Source of the DNA: Deltaproteobacteria bacterium
Lineage (GTDB): Bacteria > SAR324 > NAC60-12
NCBI GenBank assembly: GCA_003541985.1
Contig: DPLM01000153.1
Location: forward strand, 1-24,678
Direction of reading: 5' to 3'
Length of the DNA stretch: 24,678 nucleotides
Below, in pieces: positions 7,791 through 18,945 of this stretch. The notes below the pieces were generated by a model. That model saw nothing but the letters and a program-made list of their open reading frames with translations, made no database searches and was not told the DNA's origin. Made by a program: the position numbers and the translations under genes. The stretch's first letter is position 1. Each line of letters begins with the position of its first letter.

Positions 7791-8362
7791 AGATTTATTC
7801 AGCAGAATTTCTTACCAGCGCAGCACAATCCAAGCAATTTCCACATCCAAGCCTTCCGGAAATCGCCTTTGCTGGAAAATCCAACGTGGGTAAATCCACA
7901 TTGATCAATTCATTGCTGCAGCGCAACCAACTGGTCAAGACCAGCTCCACGCCAGGTAAGACACAGTTGATCAACTTTTTCTGTATTAATGATTTGTTTC
8001 ATCTAGTCGATCTGCCTGGCTACGGCTACGCGAAGGTGCCTGAAGCAGTGCGTCGTGGTTGGCAGAAAACGATTGAAGCCTATCTTGGGGAGCGCTCCAC
8101 TCTTCGGGGTGTCGTACTGATCGTAGACGTTCGCCACAAACCAGGAGAGCATGACTGCCAGATGAAGACTTGGCTGGATCACTACCAGCGGCCTGTCCTA
8201 GTCGTAGCTAACAAGATGGATAAGCTCAAGCGGAGCCAGTACCGCAGTCATCTTCAACAAGTTCGAACCACTCTCCAGTTAGAGCAAGATCCCCTGACAC
8301 ATTCCTCCCTAGACAAATTTGGACGTACACCCATCTGGTCTGCGCTCCACCAATGGCTTTGA
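7787..8362 (+). CDS. engB: Ribosome biogenesis GTPase EngB/YihA/YsxC
   Basis: G1 GKSNVGKS, G2 STPGKTQ, G3 DLPGYGYA, G4 NKMD. 191 aa. Confidence 0.96.
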   Translation: MKIYSAEFLTSAAQSKQFPHPSLPEIAFAGKSNVGKSTLINSLLQRNQLVKTSSTPGKTQLINFFCINDLFHLVDLPGYGYAKVPEAVRRGWQKTIEAYLGERSTLRGVVLIVDVRHKPGEHDCQMKTWLDHYQRPVLVVANKMDKLKRSQYRSHLQQVRTTLQLEQDPLTHSSLDKFGRTPIWSALHQWL

Positions 8363-8363
8363 A

Positions 8364-10133
8364 TCAGTACATCCCTACTAGTTCTTCCTGAAAGCGTTCC
8401 TCGACGTGATTACGCTTCAACTTCAAGGTTGGGGTGATCAGGTTGTTGTCTACGGTCCACTCTTCAGTCAGTAGATGGAAGCGCTTGGGCCGCTCATAGT
8501 CCTGAAAATCCGCTGAATATTTGCGGAGCTCCTGCTTGTAGAGCTTGAGGACCTCTTCGTCCTTCAGCCAGTCTTCCAGTGTGCCAGCGATGTTGTTGCG
8601 AGACGCATGGGTTTTCAGGGCATCGATTTCAACCACGATTAGCGCAACGTTGTAGAGTTTTTGGAAGCCATAGATCATCACCTGATTAATGAATGGACTC
8701 AGCTTGAGTGCTTCTTCCACTAAAGCTGGGACACAGTACTTACCATTTTCCAGCTTATAAATCTCCTTGACTCGCCCAGTAATCCGAAGGAATCCATCCT
8801 CGTCAATATGTCCAATATCCCCAGTTCGGAAGCCACCCTCAGGAGTAGAAACACTGGCGGTTTCCTCTGGCAAATTATAGTAGCCGAGCATCATAGTCGC
8901 ACCGTGAATGATGATCTCTCCATCCTGTTCATTGGCCATTGTCACAGAACGGTCAATCTCAACGCGTACTCCTGGTAACGGCTTGCCGACAGCGCCAGTC
9001 TTCTGAAAGTCCGGTGAGTTGGCTGAGACAATTGCCTCGGTTAGTCCATAGGCCTCGAGGAGGGTAACACCGATGTTCTGGACAAATTCAATAACTGCTG
9101 GATTTAGCGCACTTCCTCCACTATAAGCCATTCGCAAGCGATTACCCAAACGTGCTCGGACCTTGGAGAAAAAGAGCTTGTCGCACAGTTTGAAAGCTAG
9201 TGCTTCCTTTAGAGAGAGTTTCTCACCATGTCGCCGCTTAGCTGAGCAGGTCAACCCATACTGGAACAGGGAGTAGAGCTTGGGCGACTTGTTGTGGATT
9301 TGTAGGTGTAGCTTTTCATAAATCCGATTGTAGACACGTGGAACCGCAAATAACAGGGTTGGCCTCACCTGGCCTAGTTCATCCACTAGCTTGGCAAGAT
9401 TTTCGTTCATAGCAGCCGAAAATCCGAACATCATTACACCATGAACCTCACAGATTTGGCCAAAAATATGGGCCCATGGGAGAAAAGCTAGGGTGCGGTC
9501 ACTTTTGTGAAAAGGTATGCTGTCTTTAGCAGCTTGCAAAGTAGAAATCACCCCAAGATGACTGAGCATGACACCTTTTGGATTGCCGGTGGTACCAGAT
9601 GTGTACATGATCTCCAAAAGAGCGCCCGTGTCCGGGTATTGGGCAGGGACAGGCCGCTGCAGACCGTTGTTACGCAATTGCCCATAGGTTTTTGCCTCAG
9701 AATCTTCAGAATCACTTAGCAGCACGACATGCTGCAACTCTGGGAGAATCTCACCACGCCAGGTCAATGCTTCGTGATATAGTTTTTCAGAAGCAACCAG
9801 GAGTACCTTGCAACTCGAGTCATGTAGGATGTACTGCCACTGTTCTTTGTTTTGCTGAGGATACATGGGAACATAGACTGCACCCGCACTGAAGGTTGCA
9901 TAGGCCATCGTCGCCCAGGGAATCATGTTATTTGAAATGATTCCCACACGGTCCCCTACTCCTACACCGAGTAAATCAAGCCCTCCCCGCAAATTGGCAA
10001 CGGTCTCAGCAAAATCCCGAAATGTCATCCAGTTGTAGTCACCGTTGGCCGGGGTCCCGTACATGGGTAGATCTGCGTATTCTTCGCAGCAGCGGTCCAT
10101 CATTTCCACGACATTCTGATACATCAATTCCAT
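8364..10133 (-). CDS. Long-chain fatty-acid--CoA ligase (AMP-dependent synthetase, FAA1/FadD15-like)
   Basis: YTSGTTGNPKG P-loop, AYGLTE, FRTGDIG and GRVKEIYKLENGKY. FLPWAHIFG and C-terminal ITPTLKLKR are typical of LC-FACS enzymes. Confidence 0.93.
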   Translation of the reverse strand: MELMYQNVVEMMDRCCEEYADLPMYGTPANGDYNWMTFRDFAETVANLRGGLDLLGVGVGDRVGIISNNMIPWATMAYATFSAGAVYVPMYPQQNKEQWQYILHDSSCKVLLVASEKLYHEALTWRGEILPELQHVVLLSDSEDSEAKTYGQLRNNGLQRPVPAQYPDTGALLEIMYTSGTTGNPKGVMLSHLGVISTLQAAKDSIPFHKSDRTLAFLPWAHIFGQICEVHGVMMFGFSAAMNENLAKLVDELGQVRPTLLFAVPRVYNRIYEKLHLQIHNKSPKLYSLFQYGLTCSAKRRHGEKLSLKEALAFKLCDKLFFSKVRARLGNRLRMAYSGGSALNPAVIEFVQNIGVTLLEAYGLTEAIVSANSPDFQKTGAVGKPLPGVRVEIDRSVTMANEQDGEIIIHGATMMLGYYNLPEETASVSTPEGGFRTGDIGHIDEDGFLRITGRVKEIYKLENGKYCVPALVEEALKLSPFINQVMIYGFQKLYNVALIVVEIDALKTHASRNNIAGTLEDWLKDEEVLKLYKQELRKYSADFQDYERPKRFHLLTEEWTVDNNLITPTLKLKRNHVEERFQEELVGMY

Positions 10134-10151
10134 CTCTTGCCCTCCCTGAGA

Positions 10152-11228
10152 TTAGGATACACGCAGGCCTTGTTGGCGAATCAGACTGGCAAACGCAGTA
10201 GTGCCCTGCGGTGGCCAGTAGGACTGCATTCGTTTTCCGGTGATACCGGGTTGATATGTAGACCAAAATTTGGACCACCATTGCGATCCATTTTCAGCCA
10301 ATTCCTGCTGATTTAGCAGTGTGATAGCACCAGATTCAGCCAATGTGGAAGCATTCAATTCCTGATGGCTGTTTGGTAGAGGAACAAGGATCACATCCTT
10401 GCCTAGAATCGATAACTCACCAAGAATACCAAGGCCTGCACGGGTAATTATAAGCTGGCTGCGGGCTAATAGATCACCCATGCCCTCGTTGACGAATTCA
10501 TGAGTCTGATAGCGAGGACCATGCGCCAGATCGATTGTACTACCGCGTCCAGTCAGATGAATCACCTGAAAGTGTTTCTGCCAGGTCGGCAGCAGCGATC
10601 GAATGGCTCTATTCAAGCCAACAGCACCTTGCCCACCACCGGTGATTAGCAGAACTGGTAAGTCAGGATTCAGCTGAAAACGCTGGTTGGCCTGTTCGGG
10701 GTCTCCTTGATAAATAGAGTTGCGCACAACGGGACCGACATGTTGACGCTCCGGTATACGTTGGAAGGCTCTCTCAGAGGCTGGAAAATAATAGCCCAGC
10801 GCTGAACTGGCCGGAGCCATCAACCGATTGGCCAGTCCTGGCAAAACATCCATTTGTAGCAATACTTGAGGGATACCCAATGCTCGAGCTGCATAGGCAA
10901 CTGGCACGCTGACAAAGCTCCCAGCAGAGACCACAACGTGAGGCTTGAACCGCAGTAGATGTTTTAAACCAATGATTCCACCAGCTAGAATACGAAAGGG
11001 ATCCGTGAAGTTCTGCCAGCTGAAATAGCGGCGCAACTTGCCAGCTGGGATTGCATGGAAATGCATGCCTGCCTCTTCCACCATGGCCCGCTCTGGGCCG
11101 TTTGTTGTGCCAAGAAACCGAGATTCAGTTGGACCTAAGGTTCCCAAGGCCTCGTTCACTGCTAAGAGAGGAGTCGTTGGACCGCCCGATCCTCCTCCTG
11201 TAAATAAAACACGCAGAGTTGTTGTCAT
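10152..11228 (-). CDS. murG: MurG-family glycosyltransferase (GT28), divergent
   Basis: GGGSGG loop, AGKLRRY, GSFVSVP, PGLANR, GGGQGA..LN, TRAG and HQELNA motifs. Start placed at ATG 11228 (MTTTLRVLFTGG) instead of 11267, which would overlap the upstream gene. Confidence 0.85.
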   Translation of the reverse strand: MTTTLRVLFTGGGSGGPTTPLLAVNEALGTLGPTESRFLGTTNGPERAMVEEAGMHFHAIPAGKLRRYFSWQNFTDPFRILAGGIIGLKHLLRFKPHVVVSAGSFVSVPVAYAARALGIPQVLLQMDVLPGLANRLMAPASSALGYYFPASERAFQRIPERQHVGPVVRNSIYQGDPEQANQRFQLNPDLPVLLITGGGQGAVGLNRAIRSLLPTWQKHFQVIHLTGRGSTIDLAHGPRYQTHEFVNEGMGDLLARSQLIITRAGLGILGELSILGKDVILVPLPNSHQELNASTLAESGAITLLNQQELAENGSQWWSKFWSTYQPGITGKRMQSYWPPQGTTAFASLIRQQGLRVS

Positions 11229-11236
11229 GAAGAGTT

Positions 11237-12379
11237 TCAGTCCATCACAGATCGGACAGTGCGCCACTGGCCATGCTGTACTTCTGCCAATAATGGTTTT
11301 TCAATCCCTTCGTGATCGCTTGGGCCAAATTGTAGAACTGGTCCACCTAGTTCATCCTGGTAGTTGTTCATCGATTCAAGGGCTGTGGTCAGTTTTTCAG
11401 AATTTAGTTCCGGTCCAGCCAACTGCAGAGCGTGTGTTAGAATACGGGCATAAAAGTAAGCCATCTGCACGGCGTTATTTGGGGATTCTCCATATTCAGC
11501 CTGATATTTCGCGAAGAAATCTTGTGCTACAGAAGAAGTTAATGTTTCGGGATATAACATTTCAATAGATGCTGTCGCTAGAAAACCATCTGCTGCTGTT
11601 CCTGCACGGTCAACTATGATTTGGTCGTAAGCAGAGACATTGCCAGCCATCGTTACATTCCATTGCAGGGATTGTCGAGTTTGCAGGATACGGATGGTAT
11701 CACCCAGAATGGTACCCAGTAGTACAACTTCACAGTCAGCTTCCCTCAGGCGAAGCAGGGTGTTGAGAAAGTTCGTTTCTGTCGGGCTATGTGTCTCCAC
11801 AGCATTCAGTGACATCCCCAATTCCTGCAATCCAGCTTCTACTCCATCCAGCATTTCACGGCCATAGTCCGTATTCTGGTGCATCAAGCAGAAACGCTGA
11901 AGTTTTTGTTGGTGAAAGTGGCGAACCAAGGCTCGCGCCTGATCGAAGTACGATACACTGGCTGTAAATTTGAGTGGGTGAAACGGTTCCGACATCAGTC
12001 GGGCGCTGGTATATGGAAACAAGTTAGCCACATTGTGCTCTTCTTGTAGCGGCAAGGCAACTTGGTTCATGCTAGTTCCTAAGGCAGCAAGCATGACAAA
12101 GACCCGATCGTGGAGTACGAGTTTATTGGCAGCTTGACGAGCTCTCACAACTTGATATTGATGATCCTCGGCGATCAGTCGTAGTTGGCGTCCATGAATT
12201 CCACCTGCTGCATTAACTTCTGCAAAGTGGAAGCGTAAGGCTTTGACAGCTCCTAATCCCCAAGTGGCAGCGGGTCCACTCATTGCTGTATGAGTGCCAA
12301 TGCGAATCTCTTTTGAAGTCACACCTTGGGTTGCCCAAAGAGAACTGGGCAGGCAGCAGAAGCACCCAAAGATCAACAT
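11237..12379 (-). CDS. ABC transporter periplasmic substrate-binding protein (LivJ/K-like, type I PBP fold)
   Basis: Signal-peptide-like start ending SLWA, then TQGVTSKEIRIGTHTAMSGPAA, VNAAGGIHGRQLRLIAEDHQY and YGREMLDGV. Start placed at ATG 12379 because the 12529 start overlaps the SRPBCC gene. The exact start is uncertain. Confidence 0.88.
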   Translation of the reverse strand: MLIFGCFCCLPSSLWATQGVTSKEIRIGTHTAMSGPAATWGLGAVKALRFHFAEVNAAGGIHGRQLRLIAEDHQYQVVRARQAANKLVLHDRVFVMLAALGTSMNQVALPLQEEHNVANLFPYTSARLMSEPFHPLKFTASVSYFDQARALVRHFHQQKLQRFCLMHQNTDYGREMLDGVEAGLQELGMSLNAVETHSPTETNFLNTLLRLREADCEVVLLGTILGDTIRILQTRQSLQWNVTMAGNVSAYDQIIVDRAGTAADGFLATASIEMLYPETLTSSVAQDFFAKYQAEYGESPNNAVQMAYFYARILTHALQLAGPELNSEKLTTALESMNNYQDELGGPVLQFGPSDHEGIEKPLLAEVQHGQWRTVRSVMD

Positions 12380-12410
12380 GATCAGACGAAGTAGTCTGCT
12401 GCTTGCTTGC

Positions 12411-12863
12411 CTACTCTTTGTTGAAATAGCTTCGATATACTGGTTGGCGATAGCGAAACTGCCGCCATAAGATTGGCCACAGGATCCATTCAAGCAGTCT
12501 GATAGGGGCATGGTACTCAATTGCATCAACGATTATTGTGTGGTTTTTCTGCTGTTCCAGTCGGTGTTCATGACGCCAGGAGCGCAGAAAAAATGGTAGC
12601 TGCTGACCTTCATCAACAAAGACGATTTTCTCTACACTGGTTTGTTGTGAAGTGATCAAGCTGACCCACGATTGCTGTAGAGGCCAGAATCCCAGCTTGA
12701 GGTGCACTTCGTCTCCTTGCTGACAACCATCGAAGCGCAGCAGATGCACCGGCGGAAATGGGGGATTCAATGCTAGGAAGAGGTCTTGGTTAAACCTCTC
12801 CCAAACCTCTTCGATGGAACAGGAAACCAGGGTAGAGAAATAGAGATGCATGACTCCGGTCAA
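12411..12863 (-). CDS. SRPBCC/START-like ligand-binding domain protein (COG4276-like)
   Basis: About 150 aa with LFLALNPPFP..LLRFDG..GDEVH, FVDEGQQLPFFLRSWRHEH and QFRYRQPVYR. Alternative start at 12851. Confidence 0.8.
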   Translation of the reverse strand: MTGVMHLYFSTLVSCSIEEVWERFNQDLFLALNPPFPPVHLLRFDGCQQGDEVHLKLGFWPLQQSWVSLITSQQTSVEKIVFVDEGQQLPFFLRSWRHEHRLEQQKNHTIIVDAIEYHAPIRLLEWILWPILWRQFRYRQPVYRSYFNKE

Positions 12864-12927
12864 TCAGGTGTGACGACAAACAGATTACGAATAGCTAGCC
12901 GTTGTGGGAATACAAGGCTGAGCGAGG

Positions 12928-13302
12928 CTATCCCTGATTGAGAACGTAGTGCAGAGAAAGTCGTGATTGCTCGAAGAGTTGTTGCCGAAATTCTTGGTTG
13001 GCCAGTCCCTGGTTGCGCAGCTCTTGTGCGCTGCCTTTAAGACCTTCAAGATATTCGTGAACCGCAAAGGCTGGAACACGCCTGTTAAGCAATTGTTCTG
13101 TGCCTTCATACATGGCAATCAGCATCGACTGATGCTCTGCAGCTCCCAATACGGGTCGCAATGTCTCAGCTTCCCGCTCAAAACCGTACCGTAATGAGCG
13201 GATGTCTTGCAGGGAGATGGGAGCTACCTCAGCCGAGGATTTTTGGAAGTCTAGGGTTTCTGCAAAACTTGCAGGGCTCAAACCAGCTACTTTGAAGTCC
13301 AT
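12928..13302 (-). CDS. Hypothetical protein (124 aa, predicted helical)
   Basis: Strong RBS AGGAGG 7 nt upstream of the ATG. It fills an otherwise empty interval and is co-oriented with the downstream run. No family recognised. Confidence 0.7.
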   Translation of the reverse strand: MDFKVAGLSPASFAETLDFQKSSAEVAPISLQDIRSLRYGFEREAETLRPVLGAAEHQSMLIAMYEGTEQLLNRRVPAFAVHEYLEGLKGSAQELRNQGLANQEFRQQLFEQSRLSLHYVLNQG

Positions 13303-13406
13303 GGGGCTTCCTCCTGGATGGGACGGTCTTGTGCCGCGTGCAAGATTGTTACTTCAAGCGGACCCAAAAAGCAAACGCTAACCCGATCTGGTAGAACTAA
13401 TAGATC

Positions 13407-14024
13407 ATGAAGAAAGTTCAGGACCATTATTTTCACAAAGCCCGCAAGGATGGTTACGTTGCCCGCTCAGCATATAAATTAGAGGAAATTGACCAGCGTC
13501 ACCAGTTGCTGAAACGTGGCCAGAAGGTTCTTGATTTAGGCTGTGCACCAGGATCTTGGTTACAGTACACTGCAAAGCGTATTGGAGAGAGCGGACGCCT
13601 ACTAGGGATTGATCTACGGGCCGTAGCGATTAGCCTGCCGCCACAGGTGGAAGTGTTTCAGACAGACATCTACGAGCTTGATCGCAGTGGTGCCTGGTGG
13701 GAGAACTCTTTCGATATTATCCTAAGTGATATAGCTCCACAGACTACAGGTATTCGAGCTGTCGATGCCGATCGCTCTTATGCACTCAATCAACACGCTT
13801 TATGGTTGGCGGAACAACATCTGATTAAGGGAGGGTACTTGCTGGTCAAGGCTTTCCAGGGAGCACCCTTCCAGCGGCTTCAACAGGAGTTCCAACAAAT
13901 GTTTGCCGAAGTCAAAATCTGTAAGCCAAAAAGTTCTCGATCAGAGAGCGTAGAGATATTCTTGTTGGGGAAGAAGAAGCAGGAAAGCCAGGTGGAGGAA
14001 GAAGGGCATCTCCTCCAGAGTTAG
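13407..14024 (+). CDS. rlmE: 23S rRNA Um2552 2'-O-methyltransferase RlmE (FtsJ/RrmJ)
   Basis: RSAYKL, SAM-binding DLGCAPGSW, SDIAP, LLVKAF and SRSESVE. The K-D-K-E tetrad is intact. Confidence 0.96.
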   Translation: MKKVQDHYFHKARKDGYVARSAYKLEEIDQRHQLLKRGQKVLDLGCAPGSWLQYTAKRIGESGRLLGIDLRAVAISLPPQVEVFQTDIYELDRSGAWWENSFDIILSDIAPQTTGIRAVDADRSYALNQHALWLAEQHLIKGGYLLVKAFQGAPFQRLQQEFQQMFAEVKICKPKSSRSESVEIFLLGKKKQESQVEEEGHLLQS

Positions 14025-14033
14025 AAGATGCCC
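14004..14033. terminator. Possible hairpin at the convergent rlmE/atpC junction
   Basis: GGGCATCT (14004-14011) and AGATGCCC (14026-14033) form a perfect 8-bp stem with a 14-nt loop. There is no U-tract on either side. Confidence 0.25.
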
Positions 14034-14042
14034 AGAGACCAA

Positions 14043-14486
14043 TTACTTGTGCTGAGAGGCGGATTGACGAGCAATGGCCCAGATCAACTGAGCTTCGTAA
14101 GCAGCAGTACGCTTACGTTCTACTTCATACTCCTCTTCCGATGCTCGTGAGGAGGAGTTACTCAACAATTGTTTGAGGTGCTCTGCAGCGTCTTTTTCAT
14201 CCTGCTCCGCTACCGCTACGTCAATTTCTTCAGCAAAAGCAGCTCGTTCCACCAGCACAGTGATGCGGTTGTTGTCAACTTGAGCGTAACCTCCTTGGAC
14301 CGCCAAATAGCTTTGTTTTTGTTCGACGAAGTAGCTCAGGACACCACCGTTGAGCATGGTGACGACAGGAATGTGTTGTGGAAGGATTCCCATTTCTCCC
14401 ATCGAACCGGGTAGAACAACGTGGTCTACTTCGGTTTCGAGTAGAATTCTGCCGGGTGTGAGCACTTCCAGTTGCAGCTTATCCAT
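14043..14486 (-). CDS. atpC: ATP synthase F1 epsilon subunit
   Basis: LEVLTPG, PGSMGEMGILPQHIP and GGYAQV..N.ITVL. Follows atpD. Confidence 0.95.
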   Translation of the reverse strand: MDKLQLEVLTPGRILLETEVDHVVLPGSMGEMGILPQHIPVVTMLNGGVLSYFVEQKQSYLAVQGGYAQVDNNRITVLVERAAFAEEIDVAVAEQDEKDAAEHLKQLLSNSSSRASEEEYEVERKRTAAYEAQLIWAIARQSASQHK

Positions 14487-14513
14487 GAGGGTGCCTTTTC
14501 AAAGAAGTGATCA

Positions 14514-15923
<1,410 letters not shown>

Positions 15924-15963
15924 CTATCTCTGGCAAGAGGGTCTTCAGTTTCAGCAGCTCAGC

Positions 15964-16818
15964 TTACAAGCTTTCAGCACCACTGATGATTTCAATCAGT
16001 TCCCTCGTAATCGCGGCTTGACGACTACGGTTATAGTAGAGATTCAACTGCTTGATCATTTCTCCGGCGTTCTTGGTAGCAGAATCCATCGCTGTCATCC
16101 GAGCTGCATGTTCTCCAGCCAAAGTACCTAACCAAGCTGTGTACATTTGATTTTGTATATACTGCTGAACCAAGGGGCCAATGAGTTCTTCGACATAAGG
16201 CTCAAAGAGAACTTCTTGTTCCTCCGTTTCCTCGGCATCTTCGAGCGGTCGGATCGGCAGCAAGGTCTGAATAATCGGTTCTTGAGTCAAGATGCTCTTG
16301 TACTCGTTGAAGACCAGATAGACTTTATCCAACTCTTCAGCTGCAAATCTTTTGGTCAATCCATCAAGTACTGTGAAGACAATATCTAAATAGTTTTCTG
16401 GCCGAGCATCGGGATAGTCTGCTGCAATCTTGTGGTTGGTGCGGCGGAAAAAGTCTCGGCCTTTTCGTCCCACGATATGCATCTCTGCGCTATCTATCCC
16501 CTCTTCGTGGAGAGTTCGAGCCAGCAGTTTACAGAGGTTAGCGTTGAAACCTCCACAGAGACCACGATCCGAAGTCATGAGGACCACGGCAATACGCTTC
16601 CCCTCTTGATCCCGAAAAAGAGGATTGTCATCCGGCGTCAACTTGCCGGAGAGAGAAGAAACAACTGCCCTCAGTTTTGTTGAATAGGGCCGGGCACGTC
16701 GGATAGTGTCCTCAGCTCGGTTCAACTTAGCAGCAGAGACCATCTTCATTGCACTGGTGGTCTTCTGCGTCTTTTTGACGCTAGTGATTCGATTGCGGAT
16801 TTCTTTGAGGCTGGGCAT
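15964..16818 (-). CDS. atpG: ATP synthase F1 gamma subunit
   Basis: LKEIRNRITSV..TQKTTSAMKMV, SDRGLCGGFN and RQAAITRELIEIISGA. Confidence 0.98.
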   Translation of the reverse strand: MPSLKEIRNRITSVKKTQKTTSAMKMVSAAKLNRAEDTIRRARPYSTKLRAVVSSLSGKLTPDDNPLFRDQEGKRIAVVLMTSDRGLCGGFNANLCKLLARTLHEEGIDSAEMHIVGRKGRDFFRRTNHKIAADYPDARPENYLDIVFTVLDGLTKRFAAEELDKVYLVFNEYKSILTQEPIIQTLLPIRPLEDAEETEEQEVLFEPYVEELIGPLVQQYIQNQMYTAWLGTLAGEHAARMTAMDSATKNAGEMIKQLNLYYNRSRQAAITRELIEIISGAESL

Positions 16819-16875
16819 CAGATCTCACGTTGATAGTGTACCTGGCTATGAGCCAGACACAGGATGGCTTAGCAC

Positions 16876-18390
<1,515 letters not shown>

Positions 18391-18945
18391 TCAACCCCTG
18401 ATGATCGATTCACGGACTTGGATAAGTTGGTTGCGGATGCTCCCGTCGATCACCATCGAACCGATGCGTGTGACGATGCCGCCGATGATGGAAGGATCCA
18501 CTGATACATGGATTTGTACGGTCTTGCCAGTACTGGCAGAGAGTTGTTCCTGCAGTTTCTGCAACAAATCTTTGCTCTCTTTGCTGCGTGGTTCTTTGGC
18601 GACCGTGACTTCTGCGGGAAGAATTCCCATCGCCTCTTGAGTCAACAAGGCGAACGCCTGAGCAATGTCATGAACAAGTGTCAGGCGGCGTTTACTGAGC
18701 AGGTAGCGTAGGAAGGTGCTGACCAATGGAGACAATTTCATGTTGGTCAGTATTTCTGTAAGGATATTGTTGCGTACCGCCATTGGCACTTTGTTGTTGC
18801 TCAGGCTGTCCTGCAATTCGACAGCTTCGTACAGGGTGTCAGAGAAGTCCTTTAGTTCAGTCTCAACCTGCTCCAGACTATTTTCCTTTTGGGCAAGGTT
18901 AGAAAGGGCCGAGGCGTATCTGCGAGCAATCACCATTTGGCTCAT
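18391..18945 (-). CDS. atpH: ATP synthase delta subunit
   Basis: IARRYASAL and VDPSIIGGIVTRIGSMVIDGS. The ATGA overlaps the atpF stop. Confidence 0.96.
   Translation of the reverse strand: MSQMVIARRYASALSNLAQKENSLEQVETELKDFSDTLYEAVELQDSLSNNKVPMAVRNNILTEILTNMKLSPLVSTFLRYLLSKRRLTLVHDIAQAFALLTQEAMGILPAEVTVAKEPRSKESKDLLQKLQEQLSASTGKTVQIHVSVDPSIIGGIVTRIGSMVIDGSIRNQLIQVRESIIRG

Noticed and set aside
11038-11568. 176-aa plus-strand ORF spanning murG and the binding-protein gene
   Set aside because: It is almost entirely antisense to two well-supported genes and has no recognisable domain.
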